From Somniosus microcephalus (lineage: Eukaryota): a stretch of 64,000 nt of DNA. The stretch is from NCBI GenBank assembly GCA_052327205.1, contig CM126207.1:205468001-205532000 (forward strand), in the 5' to 3' direction. The notes under the pieces are model-generated. The model saw only the letters and a list, made by a program, of their open reading frames with translations. It did not search any database and was not told the DNA's origin. Position 1 is the stretch's first letter; each line of letters opens with the position of its first letter. Position numbers and translations under genes: made by a program. Shown piece after piece: positions 1 to 12,191 of this stretch.

Positions 1-82
1 TGATGGTATGCATCTTAGAATGTTGACGGAAGTCAGACAGGAAATAGCAGAGGATCTGTACGCAACAACAACTTGCATTTAT

Positions 83-1703
83 CATCTCTTCTTAGGCAGT
101 CCCTCGGAACTGAGGATGACTTGCTACCACATTAAAAATGAGTTCGCAGGTGACTGATGAGTCCAATGTGGGACCTACAGTCTCTGTCACAGGTGGGGCA
201 GACGGTGGTTGAAGGGGCAGGTGGGTGGGGTGCTTGGGTTGATGTGCGCTCCTTCCGCTACCTGCGCTTGGCTTCCGCTTGCTCTCGGCGAAGAGACTCG
301 AGGTGTTTGGCGCCTTCCCGGATGCTTCTCCTCTACTTTGTGTGGTTTTGGGCCAGGGATTCACAGGTGTCGATGGGGATGCCACACTTTTTCAAGGAGG
401 CTTTGAGGGTGTCCTTGAAGCATTTCCTCTGCCCACCTGGGGCTCTCTTGCCGTGCCGGAGCTCCGAGTAGAGCGCTTGTTTTGGGAGTCTCGTATCGGG
501 CATGCGGACAATGTGACCCGTCCATCGGAGCTGATTGAGCGTGGTCTACGCTTCGATGCTGGGGATGTTGGCCTGAGCAACAACACTGAAGTTGGTGCGC
601 CTATCCTGCCAATTGATTTGCAGGATCTTGCGGAGGCAGCGTTGGTGGTACCTCTCCAGTGTTTTGAAGTGCCTGCTGTACATGGTCCATGTCTGAGGCA
701 TACAGCAGTGTGGGTATCATTGCTGCTCTGTAGACCATGAGCTTAGTGCCGGGTTTGAGGTCCTGGTCTTCACTCTCTTCCTCAGGTGACCGAAGGCTGC
801 ACTGGCACACTGAAGGCAGTGTTGGACTTCGTTATTGACGTCTGCCCTTGTTGACAGTAGGCTCCCGAGGTATGGAAAGTGGTCCACGTTGTCCAAGGCC
901 TTGTCGTGGAGAGACAAATACAAGACTTCATGGCAGCACTCTTGCTCCAAGCACTGGCATCTGCTGGACTACGTCATCGTCCAAGCGAGGGACCGCAAGG
1001 ACGTCCGCACCACCCGTGCCATCACAGGAGCTGATGACTGCGAGACAGACCACCGCCTAATCCGCTCTGTCATCTCCATCAATGTAGCCCCAAAACAGCG
1101 GCGGCAACAGAAACAATGCCGCAGGAAAATTGATGCTGGAGCACTCAAAGACCCCGCTAAGAAAGCCCTATTCAGCCTGTGCCTCTCAAACAACCTGATG
1201 ACTCCCAGTGATGCAGAGACACAGAGTGCCCTCAGAGCCTGGTCTGCACTCAAGGCCTCCATAATCAGCGCCTGTGAAGAGACGCTCGGTCACTCGACCA
1301 GGAAACATCAAGACTGGCTCGACGAGAACGACCAGGAGATCCAGGAGCTAATAAGCCACAAGCGCAAGGCATTCCTGATCTGGAAACAGCAACACAACTC
1401 GAGAGCAAGAAAGCAGCGCTACAGAAGCCTGAAGGCCGAGGTCCAACAAAAAACTCGCGACCTAAAGAACAGATGGTGGGTGGAGAAGGCGCAGGAGATC
1501 CAGCAGCTAGCCGACAACCACGACGTGCGTGGATTCTTTAGCGCAGTCAAGACCATCTACGGCCCAAGCACCCAAGGCCCTACCCCACTGCAGGCCAAGA
1601 ACGGAGAGGTACTCATCAAGGACAGAGAGGCGGTCAGTGCCCACTGGAAGGAGCACTTTGAAGATCTCCTTAACCGTGACTCTGTCTTCGATGCGAGTGT
1701 CCT
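83..1703 (-). mobile_element. RTE (BovB-like) LINE, 5'-truncated, with inverted 5' segment
   Basis: 83-910 is the RTE 3' end on the minus strand, matching 3274-4296 and 46001-47410. 911-1703 is an upstream ORF piece on the + strand (KTSWQH..SKHWHLLDYV..TDHRL). Flanked by caacttgcatttat (69-82) and caacttgaatttat (1704-1717). Confidence 0.88.
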
Positions 1704-1754
1704 CAACTTGAATTTATATAGCGCCTTTAACATAGTAAAACGTCCCCAGTTGCT

Positions 1755-3273
1755 TCAGTCTTCCAAAAGTCCTTAGATTGGGAAATTGTGCCAGAGGGCT
1801 GGTGGCTTGCCAAGGCAACATCTCTTCAACAAGGGAGAAAGGGAAAAAAAACAGGTAGCTATAGACTAGGCAGCTTAACATTGGTAGTGGGTAGGCTCCG
1901 AGAGGCCCTAATATGGGATAAATTTAATACCCATGTGGAAAGACATAGGTTAATTAGGACAGTCAGCAGGGATTTGTAAAAGTCAAGTCAGACAAGCTTA
2001 ATAGAATTCTTTGAAGAAGTAAGGATATTAATACTGGAGATGTGTATTAAAACATTTGATAAAATGCTGGATAGGAGGTTTGTTGATAAAAAATAAAAGT
2101 GCATGGTGTTCAACAGTACATGACAGCATGGGTAGGATGTTGACTAAAGGATAGAAAAGAGATTAGTTGTTAATGTTTTTCAGATTGGAGAATGTAAATA
2201 GTGGTCCCAGCAGTCATGTTTTTGGACCATTGCTCTTCTCAATGGCTTGGATTTTAACTGCTGGCAAGTTTCCAAGAGGAAAACACACTGGCAAGTTAAT
2301 GTTGCGTTCATCTGACAATTTTATCAGCTAAGCTTCATTTAAATGTCAGAACCAAACATGCATATATTTTTTTTTTAAAAAGGACCCGAAAAGTTTTGTC
2401 CTTGCCGCTTTCTCAGTAGAGCAGGTTTAAATTGGGAATGGTCCGCTGCTGGCGGCTCCAGGGCAGGTAAATAACCAGAGGAATTTTAACAGACCTCATT
2501 ACATATAAATTATCTGAACTTTGATGTAGGGTGCATAATATCAACATTAGTTATAACGAAGTTACTGGAATCTATCATCAGAGACAGAGTGACTGAGCAC
2601 TTTGGGACAAGTATCAGCTGATCAAAGAGTCAGCATGGATTTGTGAAGGGTAGGTTTGAATTTTTTGAGATCACCAGCATGGTGGATGGGGAAGTGTTTA
2701 TGGATGTTGTCTATATGGACTTCCAGAAAGTATTTGATAAGGTTCTGTGCAAGAGATTATAAGCAAAAATGAAAGTGCACAGAATTAGAGGTAACCTTGT
2801 GTCAGTAATTGGTTGGGAGGTTGGAGACAGCGAGTAGGGATAAAGGGAACGTTCTCTGATTGGCGGGATGTGACAGGTGGTGTTCCCCAAGGATCTATAC
2901 TGGGGTCTCAGCTTTACCCACACATATATATATATATATATCCAAGTTTGCGGAAGATACTAGTTAGGCACAGTAAGTTGTGGAGATGGGAGCAGGAAGT
3001 TACAAAAGGACATAGACAGACTGAACAATATTACGGCAGCTGGAGTTCAACGTGAGGAAGTATGAGGTCATCCACTTTAGATCCAAAAAACACAAATTGG
3101 AATATTTTCTTAATAGCGAGAGACTAGGAGCTGTTAAGGAGGAATAGGATTTGGGTGCACAGATCACTAAAAGCTAGTGCACAGGTACAAAAAGGAATCG
3201 AAGACTAATGGAATGTTTCCCTTTATCTCAAGGGGGCTGGAATACAAAAGTGAGAAAGTGATTCTCCAGTTGT
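1755..3273 (+). mobile_element. Degraded CR1 LINE ORF2 (RT) fragments
   Basis: Broken motifs YRLGSLT, VYMDFQKVFDKV and GVPQGSILG. The element continues at 4297 after the RTE insertion. Confidence 0.75.
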
Positions 3274-4296
3274 CCCGTCCTCTGTCGTCGAATTACAGTA
3301 TGCAGACGATGCTTGCATCTGCGTGCACTCGGAGGTCGAACTCCAAACCATCGTGAACACCTTCACCGAAGCGTACGAGAGCATAGGCCTTACACTAAAC
3401 ATCCGTAAGACAAAGGTCCTCTACCAACCTGTCCCCACCACACAGTACTACCCCCCGATTATCAAAATCCACGACAAGGCCTTGGCCAACGTGGACCACT
3501 TTCCATACCTCGGGAGCCTACTGTCAACAAGGGCAGACGTCGATGACGAGATCCAACACCGCCTTCAGTGTGCCAGTGCAGCCTTCGGTTGCCTGAGGAA
3601 GAGAGTGCTTGAAGACCAGGACCTCAAACCCGGCACTAAGCTCATGGTCTACAGAGCAGCAGTGATACCCACCCTGCTGTATGCCTCAGAGACATGGACC
3701 ATGTACAGCAGGCACCTCAAATCACTGGAGAGGTACCACCAACGCTGCCTCCGCAAGATACTGCAAATCCATTGACAGGATAGGCGCACCAACGTCCGTG
3801 TTCTCGCTCAAGCCAACATCCCCAGCATCGAAGCTTTGACCACGCTCAATCAGCTCGGATGGACGGGTTACATTGTCCGCATGCCCGATACGAGACTCCC
3901 AAAACAAGCGCTCTACTCGGAGCTCCGGCACGGCAAGAGAGCCCCAGGTGGGCAGAGGAAATGCTTTAAGGACACCCTCAAAGCCTCCTTGGAAAAAGTG
4001 TAACATCCCCATCGACACCTGGGAATCCCTGGCCCAAGACCGCACAAAGTGGAGGAGAAGCATCCGGGAAGGCGCCGAACACCTCGAGGCTCTTCGCCGG
4101 GAACAAGCGGAAGCCAAGCGGAAGGAGCGCACGTCAACCCAAGCACACCACATACCTGCCCCTTCAACCACCGTCTGCCCCACCTGTGACAGAGACTGTA
4201 GGTCCCGCATTGGACTCTCAGTCACCTGCGAACTAATTTTTAACGTGGAAGCAAGCCATCCTCGGTTCTGAGGGACTGCCTAAGAAGAGAAGGAAG
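3274..4296 (+). mobile_element. RTE (BovB-like) LINE 3' fragment
   Basis: Motifs LQYADDA, FPYLGS, LLYASETW and a C-terminal CPTCDRDC zinc motif; purine-rich tail; agttgt on both sides. Inserted in a CR1. Confidence 0.9.
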
Positions 4297-4314
4297 AGTT
4301 GTACAAAGCCTTGG

Positions 4315-4745
4315 TGTAAGAGCCATAAAAGCTTAAGAAAATACTTTAAAATAGTGGCTAAATGGCATAATACAGTTAATTTACCTGAACGACTTACTGT
4401 ATTAAGAAACCCCCTATTTTCTTGCTCCAGTAGTATAGTCCGACACCCCCTTCATTCTTGCCACAATGGAACAGTCCCTAAGCCACACATGGGTGCAGCC
4501 ATCTTACAGTTTTAAACTGCACGTGGTGAAAGAGGCAGAAGCTGTGAGGTTTGGAGCAGTACAGTTTTTGACCGTGTTCGTTTATACGTGTTTGCTTTGT
4601 AATTCTGTTTGTTAAGTGTTATAGTAAACCATTTAAAAGACAAAGCTACGTTTGGGAACGTTTTATTTCGACACGCGTCTACTCGATGTTAAAGGCCCCA
4701 CAGCCCAGTGGCCTGCCTGTTTGGAAACTAAGAAGCGCCACTACA
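4315..4745. mobile_element. Solo LTR (431 bp)
   Basis: TGTA...TACA termini and a perfect 5-bp TSD CTTGG (4310-4314 / 4746-4750). It interrupts the CR1 coding sequence aaagccttgg|tcagacc. Confidence 0.85.
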
Positions 4746-5620
4746 CTTGGTCAGACCCCATCTGGAGTGTAGCGTTTCGTTTTGGGCACTGAGCCTCAGG
4801 AAAGATATATTGGCCTTGGTGGGGGTACAGCCTAGATTCACCAGAATGATACCAGGAATTAAAGGATTAAATTATGAGGACAGGTTGCATAAACTTGGTT
4901 TGTATTCCTTTGAGTTTAGAAGGTTGAGGGGTGATCTAATTGAGGTGCTTAAAATTATTCCATTAGGTAGATACAGAGGAACTATTTCCCCTGGCTGGTT
5001 GGTCTAGAACGAGGGATCACAGTCTCAGGATTCGGGGTAGGACATTTAGGACTGAGATGAGGAGAAATTTCTTCACTCAGAGGGTGGTGAACCTGTGGAA
5101 TTCTCGACCACAGAAGGCTGTGGCGGCCAAGTCACTGAATGTATTTAAGAAGGAGATATTTAGAATTCTAGACACAAAAGGCATCAAGGGGTATGGGGAG
5201 AGAGCGGGAATATGGTATTGAGATAGAGGATCAGCCATGATCATATTGAATGGCGGAGCAGGCTCGAAGGGTCGAATGACCTACTCCTGCTCCTAATATT
5301 CTATGTTTCTATTTCCTCTTGTGGGGGAATCATGAACAAGGGGCACAATCTTAAAATTAGAGCTAGGCCATTTAGGAATGAAATCCTTTTTCACACAACG
5401 GATAGTGTAAATCTGGAACACTCTCCCCAGAAGGCTGCATATGCTGGGTCAATTGAAACTTTCAAGACTGAGATCGATAGGTTTTTGATGTGTAATATGG
5501 GGAAAAGGTGGATAAATGGAGTTGAAGTGCAGATCAACCACAATCTAATTGAATGGTGGAGCAGGCTCGAAAGGCAGCAGAAGGCTTGAGAGGCAGAATG
5601 GCTTACCCCTGCTCCTGTGT
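4746..5620 (+). mobile_element. CR1 3' end with a second CR1 3' fragment nested at ~5000-5311
   Basis: VRPHLE..RRLRGDLIE motif and two CR1 3'UTR stem-loop tails (gcaggctcga..ctcctgctcct). Confidence 0.8.
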
Positions 5621-5849
5621 TCCAAAAGTTTGCAGATGAGACAAAAATAGGGAATGTGGTTAACTGTGAACAGGACTGTAAGCAAGTTCAGGAGGACAAG
5701 TTAGTAGTTTGAGTGGATGGAGGTCAGATAAAATTTAATGCAGAGAAATGGAAAGTGATACATTTTGGGAGGAACAGTAAGGCGAGGACATGTACATTGA
5801 GTAGTAAATTTTAAAAGTAGAGAAACAAACAGAAGGCACTCAGATACAC

Positions 5850-6770
5850 ATTAATGATTTTAGATATGAATGAAGGAGGTATGATCAGTAAGTTCGCAGA
5901 TGACATGAAAATTGGTGGAGTGGTAAATAGCGAGGAGGGAAGCCTCAGACTACAGGACGATATAGATGGGTTGGTTAGATGGGCAGAACAGTGGCAAATG
6001 GAATTTAACCCTGAAAAGTGTGAGGTGATGCATTTTGGGAGGACTAACAAGGCAAGGGTATACACAATGAATGGTAGGACCCCAGGAAAGACAGAGGATC
6101 AGAGGGACATTGGTGTGCAAGTACATAGATCCCTGAAGGCAGCAGGACAGGTAGATAAGGTGGTTAAAAGGCATATGGGATACTTGCCTTCATTAGCCGA
6201 GGCATAGAATATAAGAGCAGGGAGGTTATGATGGAGCTGTACAAAACGCTAGTTAGGCCACAGCTGGAATACTATGTGCAGTTCTGGTCGCCACACTATA
6301 GGACGGATGTAATTGCATTGGAGAGGGTGCAGAGGAGATTCATCAGGATGTTACCTGGGCTGGAGCGCCTCAGCTATGGAGAGACTGGACAGGCTGGGGT
6401 TGTTTTCCTTAGAGCAGAGAAGGCTGAGGGGGGACCTGATTGAGGTGTACAAAATTATGAGGGGCATAGATAAGGTAGATAGAAAGGAACTTTTCCCCTT
6501 AGTAGTGGGGTTAATAACCAGGGGGCATAGTTTCAAGATAAGTGGCAGGAGGTTTAGAGGGGATTTGAGGAAAAACATTTTCACCCAGAGGGTGGTTGGA
6601 ATCTGGAACTCACTGCCTGAAAGGGTGGTAGAGGCAGGAACCCTCACAACATTCAAGAAGCATTTAGATGAGCACTTGAAACGCCATAGCATACAAGGCT
6701 ACGGACCAAGTGCTGGAAAATGGGTTTAGAATAGACAGGGCTTGATGGCCGGCGCAGACACGATGGGCCG
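5850..6770 (+). mobile_element. CR1 3' fragment; its tail is displaced to 9697-9730
   Basis: KFADDMK, VRPQLEY, RGHSFK motifs. The 3'UTR is split by the minus-strand CR1 at 6771-9696. It sits in an older CR1 (5625-5849 and 9731-10270). Confidence 0.85.
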
Positions 6771-9696
6771 AAACATAGGAGATAGGAGTAGGCCATTCGG
6801 CCCCTCGAGCCTGCTCCACCATTCAATGCGATCATGGCTGCTCATCCAAATTCAGTACCCTGTCCCTGCTTTCTCCCCATATCCCTGGATCCCCTTAGCC
6901 TTAAGAAATGTATCTAACTCCTTGAATATACTTAATGAATTGGCCTCAACTGTCTTCTGTGGTAGAGAATTCCACAGGTTCACCACTCTCTGGGTGAAGA
7001 AATTCCTCCTCATCTCAGTCCTAAATGGCTTACCCCTTATCCTTAGACTGTGACCCCTGGTTCTGGACTCCCCCGCCATTGGGAACAGCCTTCCTGCATC
7101 TAGTCTGTCTAGTCCTGTTAGAATTTTGAGATCCCCTCTCATTCTTCTAAACTCCAGCGAATATAAGCCTAATCGACCCAATCTCTCCATACGTCATTCC
7201 TGCCATCCCAGGTATCAGTCTGGTGAATCTTTGCTGCACTTCCTCCATGGCAAGAACATCCTTCAGATAAGGCGATCAAAACTGCACACAATACTCAAGG
7301 TGTGGTCTCACCAAAGCCCTGTACAACTGCAGCAAGACATCCTTGCGCTTGTACTAGAATCCTCTCGCTATGAAGGCCAGCATACCATTTGCCTTCTTAA
7401 CCGCCTGCTGCACCTGCATGCTTACTGTTGTGTATGTACCTTTAAGGGAATAACTGGTCTTAGACTGCAGTACCGGCAGTAACCACCCCTGTATAAAAGG
7501 CCCTAGCAGGCTTCTGTAGTTTCAGTTTCAAGCTGCCTCTTGTTCAGTAAAGTACCTGTTAAACTGTTCTCCCGAAGTCCGTGTATTATTGAGGCGCGGA
7601 CTTTACACTTACCTTCAGCGACTGGTGCACAAGGACACCCAGGTCTCATTGCACTTCCCCTTTTCCCAATCTATTGCCGTTCAGATAATAATCTGCCTTC
7701 CTGTTTGTGCCACCGAAGTGGATAACCTTGCATTTATCCACATTATACTGCATCTGCCCAATTGCCCAACCTGTTCAAATCGTACTGGAGTTTCTCTGCA
7801 TCCCCCTCACAGCACACACGCCCACCCAGCTTTGTGTCATCTGCAAACTTGGAGATATTACATCGAGTTCCCTCGTCTAGATCATTAATATATATTGTGA
7901 ATAATTGGAGTCCTAGCACCGATCCCTGCGCTACCCCACTAGTCACTGCCTTCTACTCGGAAAAAGACCCGTTTATTCCAACTCTTTGCTTCCTGTCTGC
8001 CAACCAGTTTTCTATCCAAGTCAGTACCTTACCCCCAACCCCATGTGCTTTAACTTTGCACGCTAGTCTCTTATGCGGGACCTTATCAAAAGCCTTCTGA
8101 AAGTCATAATACACCACATCCACTGGTTCTCCCGTATCTATTCTACCAGTTACATCCTCAAAAAATTCCAGTAGTTTAGTCAAGCATGATTTACCTTTTG
8201 TAAATCCATGTTGACTTTGTCCGATCCTGTCACTGTTTTCCAAGTGCTCTGCTATTACATCTTTTATAATGGACTCTAGCAATTTCCCCACTACCAATGT
8301 CAGGCTTACCGGTCTATAATTCCCCGTTTTCTCTCTACCACCTTTTTTAAATAGTGGGGTTACATAGCTACCCTGCAATCCATGGGAACTGTTCCAGAGT
8401 CGATAGAATTTTGGAAGATGACCAGCAATGCATCTACTATTTCTAGGGCCACTTCCTTAAGTACCCTAGGATGTAGATTATCAGGCCCTGGGGACTTATC
8501 GGCCTTCAATCCCGTCAATTTCCCTAACACCATTTCCCTACAAATACTGATTTCATTCAGTTCCTCCCTCTCATTAAACCCTATGTTCCCTGACATCTCT
8601 GGGAGTTTATTTGTGTCCTACTTTGTGAAGACGGAACCAAAGTATATATTTAATTGGTCTGCCATGTCTTTGTTCCCCATTATAAATTCCCCTGATTCTG
8701 ACTGCAAGGGACCTACGCTTGACTTTACCAATCTTTTTCTCTTCACATATCTATAGAAGCTTTTACAGTCAGTTTATATGTTCCCTGAAAGCTTACTCTC
8801 ATACTCTATTTCCCCCCTCTTAATTAATCCCTTTGTCCTCCTTTGCTGAATCCTAAACTGCTCCCAATCCTCAGGTTTGCTGCTTTTTCTGGCCAATTTA
8901 TATGTCCTCTCCTTGGATCTTATGCTGTCCCTAATTTCCCTTGTTAGCCAATGTTGAATCACCTTTTTTGTTTCATTTTTATGCCAAACAGGGATGAACA
9001 AATTCTGCAGTTCATCCATGCGATCTTTAAATGTTTGCCATTGCCTATCCACCGTCAACCCTTTAAGTAACATTCCCCAATTCATCTTAGCCAACTCGCG
9101 CCTCATACCATCATAGTTTCCTTTATTTAAATTCAGTGCGCAAGTCTCTGAATCAACTACTTCACTCTCCATCTTAATGAAGAATTCTATCATATTATGA
9201 TCGCTGCTCCCCAAGGGGCCTCTCACAACAAGATTGCTAATTAATCCTTTCTCATTACATAATACCCAGTCTAAGATGGCCTGATCTCTAGTTGGTTCCT
9301 GGACATATTGGTCCAGGAAACCATCCCGTATACACTCTAGGAATTCCTCTTCCACAGTATTGTTACTAATTTGGTTAGCCCAATCTATATGTAGATTAAA
9401 GTCACCCATGATAACTGCTGTGCCCTTATTGCACGCATCTCTAATTTCCTGTTTAATGCCATCCCCAACCTCAGCATTACTGTTTGGGGGTCTATATACA
9501 ACTCCCACTAATGTTTTCTGCCCCTTGGTATTTCTCAGCTCTACCCATACAGATTCCACATCATCAGAGCTAATATCCTTCCTTACTATTGTGTTAATCT
9601 TCTCTTTAACCAGCAATGCTACCCCACCGCCTTTTCCTTTTTGCCTGTCCTTCCTGAATATTGAATACCCCTGGATGTTGAATTCCCAGCCTTGGT
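6771..9696 (-). mobile_element. CR1 LINE ORF2 (APE + RT), 5'-truncated, young family A
   Basis: ORFs 8774-9616, 7953-8378, 7743-7946 and 6852-7190 carry VVYRPP, MGDFN, SDHN, DFQKAFDKV and FADDTK. Near-identical to 30214-33539 and 55162-57110. Confidence 0.93.
7426..7607 (+). mobile_element. Solo LTR (182 bp) related to the Gypsy LTRs of this window
   Basis: TGT...ACA termini, TSD CTTAC (7421-7425 / 7608-7612), TATAAAA box. Shares gtgtatgtacctttaag and ttgttcagtaaa..cctgttaaac with the 175-bp LTRs. Confidence 0.88.
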
Positions 9697-10558
9697 CCTC
9701 TTTCTGTGCTGTATAACTCTATGACTATGACAAATCTTTAAAAATCGGTGTGCAAGTTGCTAAAGATTTTTAAAAAAAACTGCAAATGGGTCCCTAGGTT
9801 GTATAAATTGGGACATGGAGTACGAGTAAAGAGGTAATGTTAAACCTATACAGATCATTGGTTAGACTGCCATTAGAATATTGTGCCTAGTTTGGAGTGC
9901 CTTACTTTAGGAAGGACGTCAAAGCCATGGTGATGGTGCAAAACAGGTTCACTAAAATGATGGCGGGATGAGGAGAAACTGAAGAAACAAGGACTCTTCA
10001 TTAGAACATAAAAGGCTAAAATTGAGAGGTTTTGACCAGTAAATTGAGAAAAAACTGTTTACTGGGTGATGAGTTGATAAGTAGAGAGCAGAAAAGTTAA
10101 AATCATCAAAAGAATGAAGGGAGAGGTTAGGAGAATTTTCTTTTACACAAGATGGTTTTTGGGACATGAAATATCCTCCTAGAAACAATGGTGGTTTGGC
10201 TCTTTCAGAGATCCAGTACAGAGATGAAGGATTGAATGGCCCCCTTCTATGATGTAAAATTCCATGGTTCTTTGAAGTGATCTGTTTGGTCCAGAATAAG
10301 AATCAAAGTAGATCTGATGAGGCTTCCTATTGTGCAGATGACAGAACACCTGAAGCACTTGCTGTGCACTCCAGTAATGGTGAAAGCCCTTGAGCACTGT
10401 GAACAGCGCTTAAACCAGTAGCGCAGGATGACACCCTGTCAAGTTTTTTTAAACCAAAAACTAAACTATCAAAGATAGAAAAATTGTTCAACATTAATCA
10501 CAAAAGTTTTAAAACAAAATTATCAGTCTGTCATTAATGGTGAAAAGAACACCTTGAC

Positions 10559-10684
10559 CAATGTTCCCTGCAATTTTTTTGGCACTGTGTGGCCCCTTTA
10601 AGGGACTGTGCGGGCCATTCAAAATACCACGCATGCATGGTTTTTACATTGAAAAGCCGGCTGCGCGGCTTAAAGGGAACATTG
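10559..10684. mobile_element. hAT-type MITE (126 bp)
   Basis: TIR caatgttccct / agggaacattg; 8-bp TSD accttgac / gccttgac. Confidence 0.75.
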
Positions 10685-11993
10685 GCCTTGACCAGTTCAG
10701 AGGAGTTCCTTTTCACATGACGTGGAAAGGAAGATCGTATGATGCAAATCTAACATCAGTGGTAAAATGTTTTAAACCAACCTGTCATATTAACAGAGTA
10801 CACAATTTGTAATCATGTAAGAGAGTCCTCACTTGTGCGGTATGTTGCACTATTTCCCCACTGAATTTGTACTGTGCAATCTAACTTTAACACATGTACC
10901 TGAATGGTGGTAAGGTCTATGAGACATGAAGCTCCTTTTGCTGATGAAGCGTGGCATTCTTGAGGTGCAGTAAGAGGATTATAATTCAGTCAGAGCAATT
11001 GTCATCAACAGTGAAACTTCTTCCTTGAAGCTTAGTAAGTGATCAGAAGCTTTTTAACCTCCTTGACCAAGCTGTCCTGTCGTTTCCTGACTGGGTTTGA
11101 TGCAAGTGTTTGGACAGCTGTATCTGTCAGTCTGAAGTAGAAAGCCTTATGGGAACCTCTTTATACACAGACAGAAAGCATTGCAGTTCAGTCTACATAA
11201 CTTCTCTTACTTGCATCCTGGTAAATAATTTATTCTGGCTGTTTCCTTAATTACATTTGGTGAACCTATGCAACAAACAGCAGCCAGAATATTAATTTAT
11301 TTTGTGTGATGTCCAGGGTTTCCCGAGCATCAGGTGTGTATTGGTCTGCATGGCAGTGAAGTGTGGAATTCTGTCTTTGTTTATTTTCTCAGAATTTAAT
11401 CTAACTTTTTTGCATTTCGGTTATTCCACACAAAAAAGTTAATTTTTGATTGGGGGGCGGGGGGTACTTTTATAATACTATTAGCCATGTAGTACTGAGG
11501 TTTTAGTAGTAGCAGTTAGAGCATCCTCTGGCATTGTAGCTGTTATAACTTCAATGCATGTGTTATTATGAGAATTGTCGATTTATGAAGAAAGCATCTA
11601 AATCTGTATTGGAAAAATAATTCCGTTTGTTATTGGGAATTCACATGGACATACTTTAAAATACAAGATTTATTGACTATATTTTATTTGCTTGGTTTGT
11701 TCAGTCTATTTTTATTGTAATCTTTTTAGGATGCACTAAATGACTGTTGGTCATATCTGTAGTCCGAGTTGTGTAAATTCAGTTAGTAGTCATTTATTTT
11801 TGTTGAAAGTAGTTAACTGGATTGAATATACAAAGGATTGATAGTAATTGGTTGCAGTTTACCTTTTTACTTGTTGGGTACCTAAACAGAACCGACTATA
11901 AATGTAACTTGTCACATTTTCTGCAAGTTACAAAGGAGCATACTGTACATTTTTGTAGTTACTGTTAAATTAATTGTGCTTTTCTTTTGGCAG

Positions 11994-12191
11994 GATTCTG
12001 AATCCTTGGATACTTGTATTCAGAATACTCTTTCAGCACTCTATCCCCCCTTTGAGGCTACAGCATCCACTGTTCTCAGTCAGGTTTTTGATGTAGTGGA
12101 GAAAACGTACCGTGGTGACGGATTGTGCTACCTCATTGATTTCCTTGTCCCTGCTAAACACATTCTGCAATGCATTCAGCAGGATGCTTGT
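11994..12191 (+). CDS. PLEKHG4: PLEKHG4/PLEKHG4B-like RhoGEF, N-terminal coding exon (66 codons, phase 0/0)
   Basis: ttttcttttggcag| [66 protein letters not shown] |gtaagt. This is the conserved N-terminus of the ARHGEF40/KIAA1755/PLEKHG4(B) family. The paralog (4 vs 4B) cannot be resolved by eye. Confidence 0.85.

Noticed and set aside
2244-2500. MITE inside the old CR1
   Set aside because: It has ttttaac motifs like the other MITEs, but no clear TIR pair or TSD was found.
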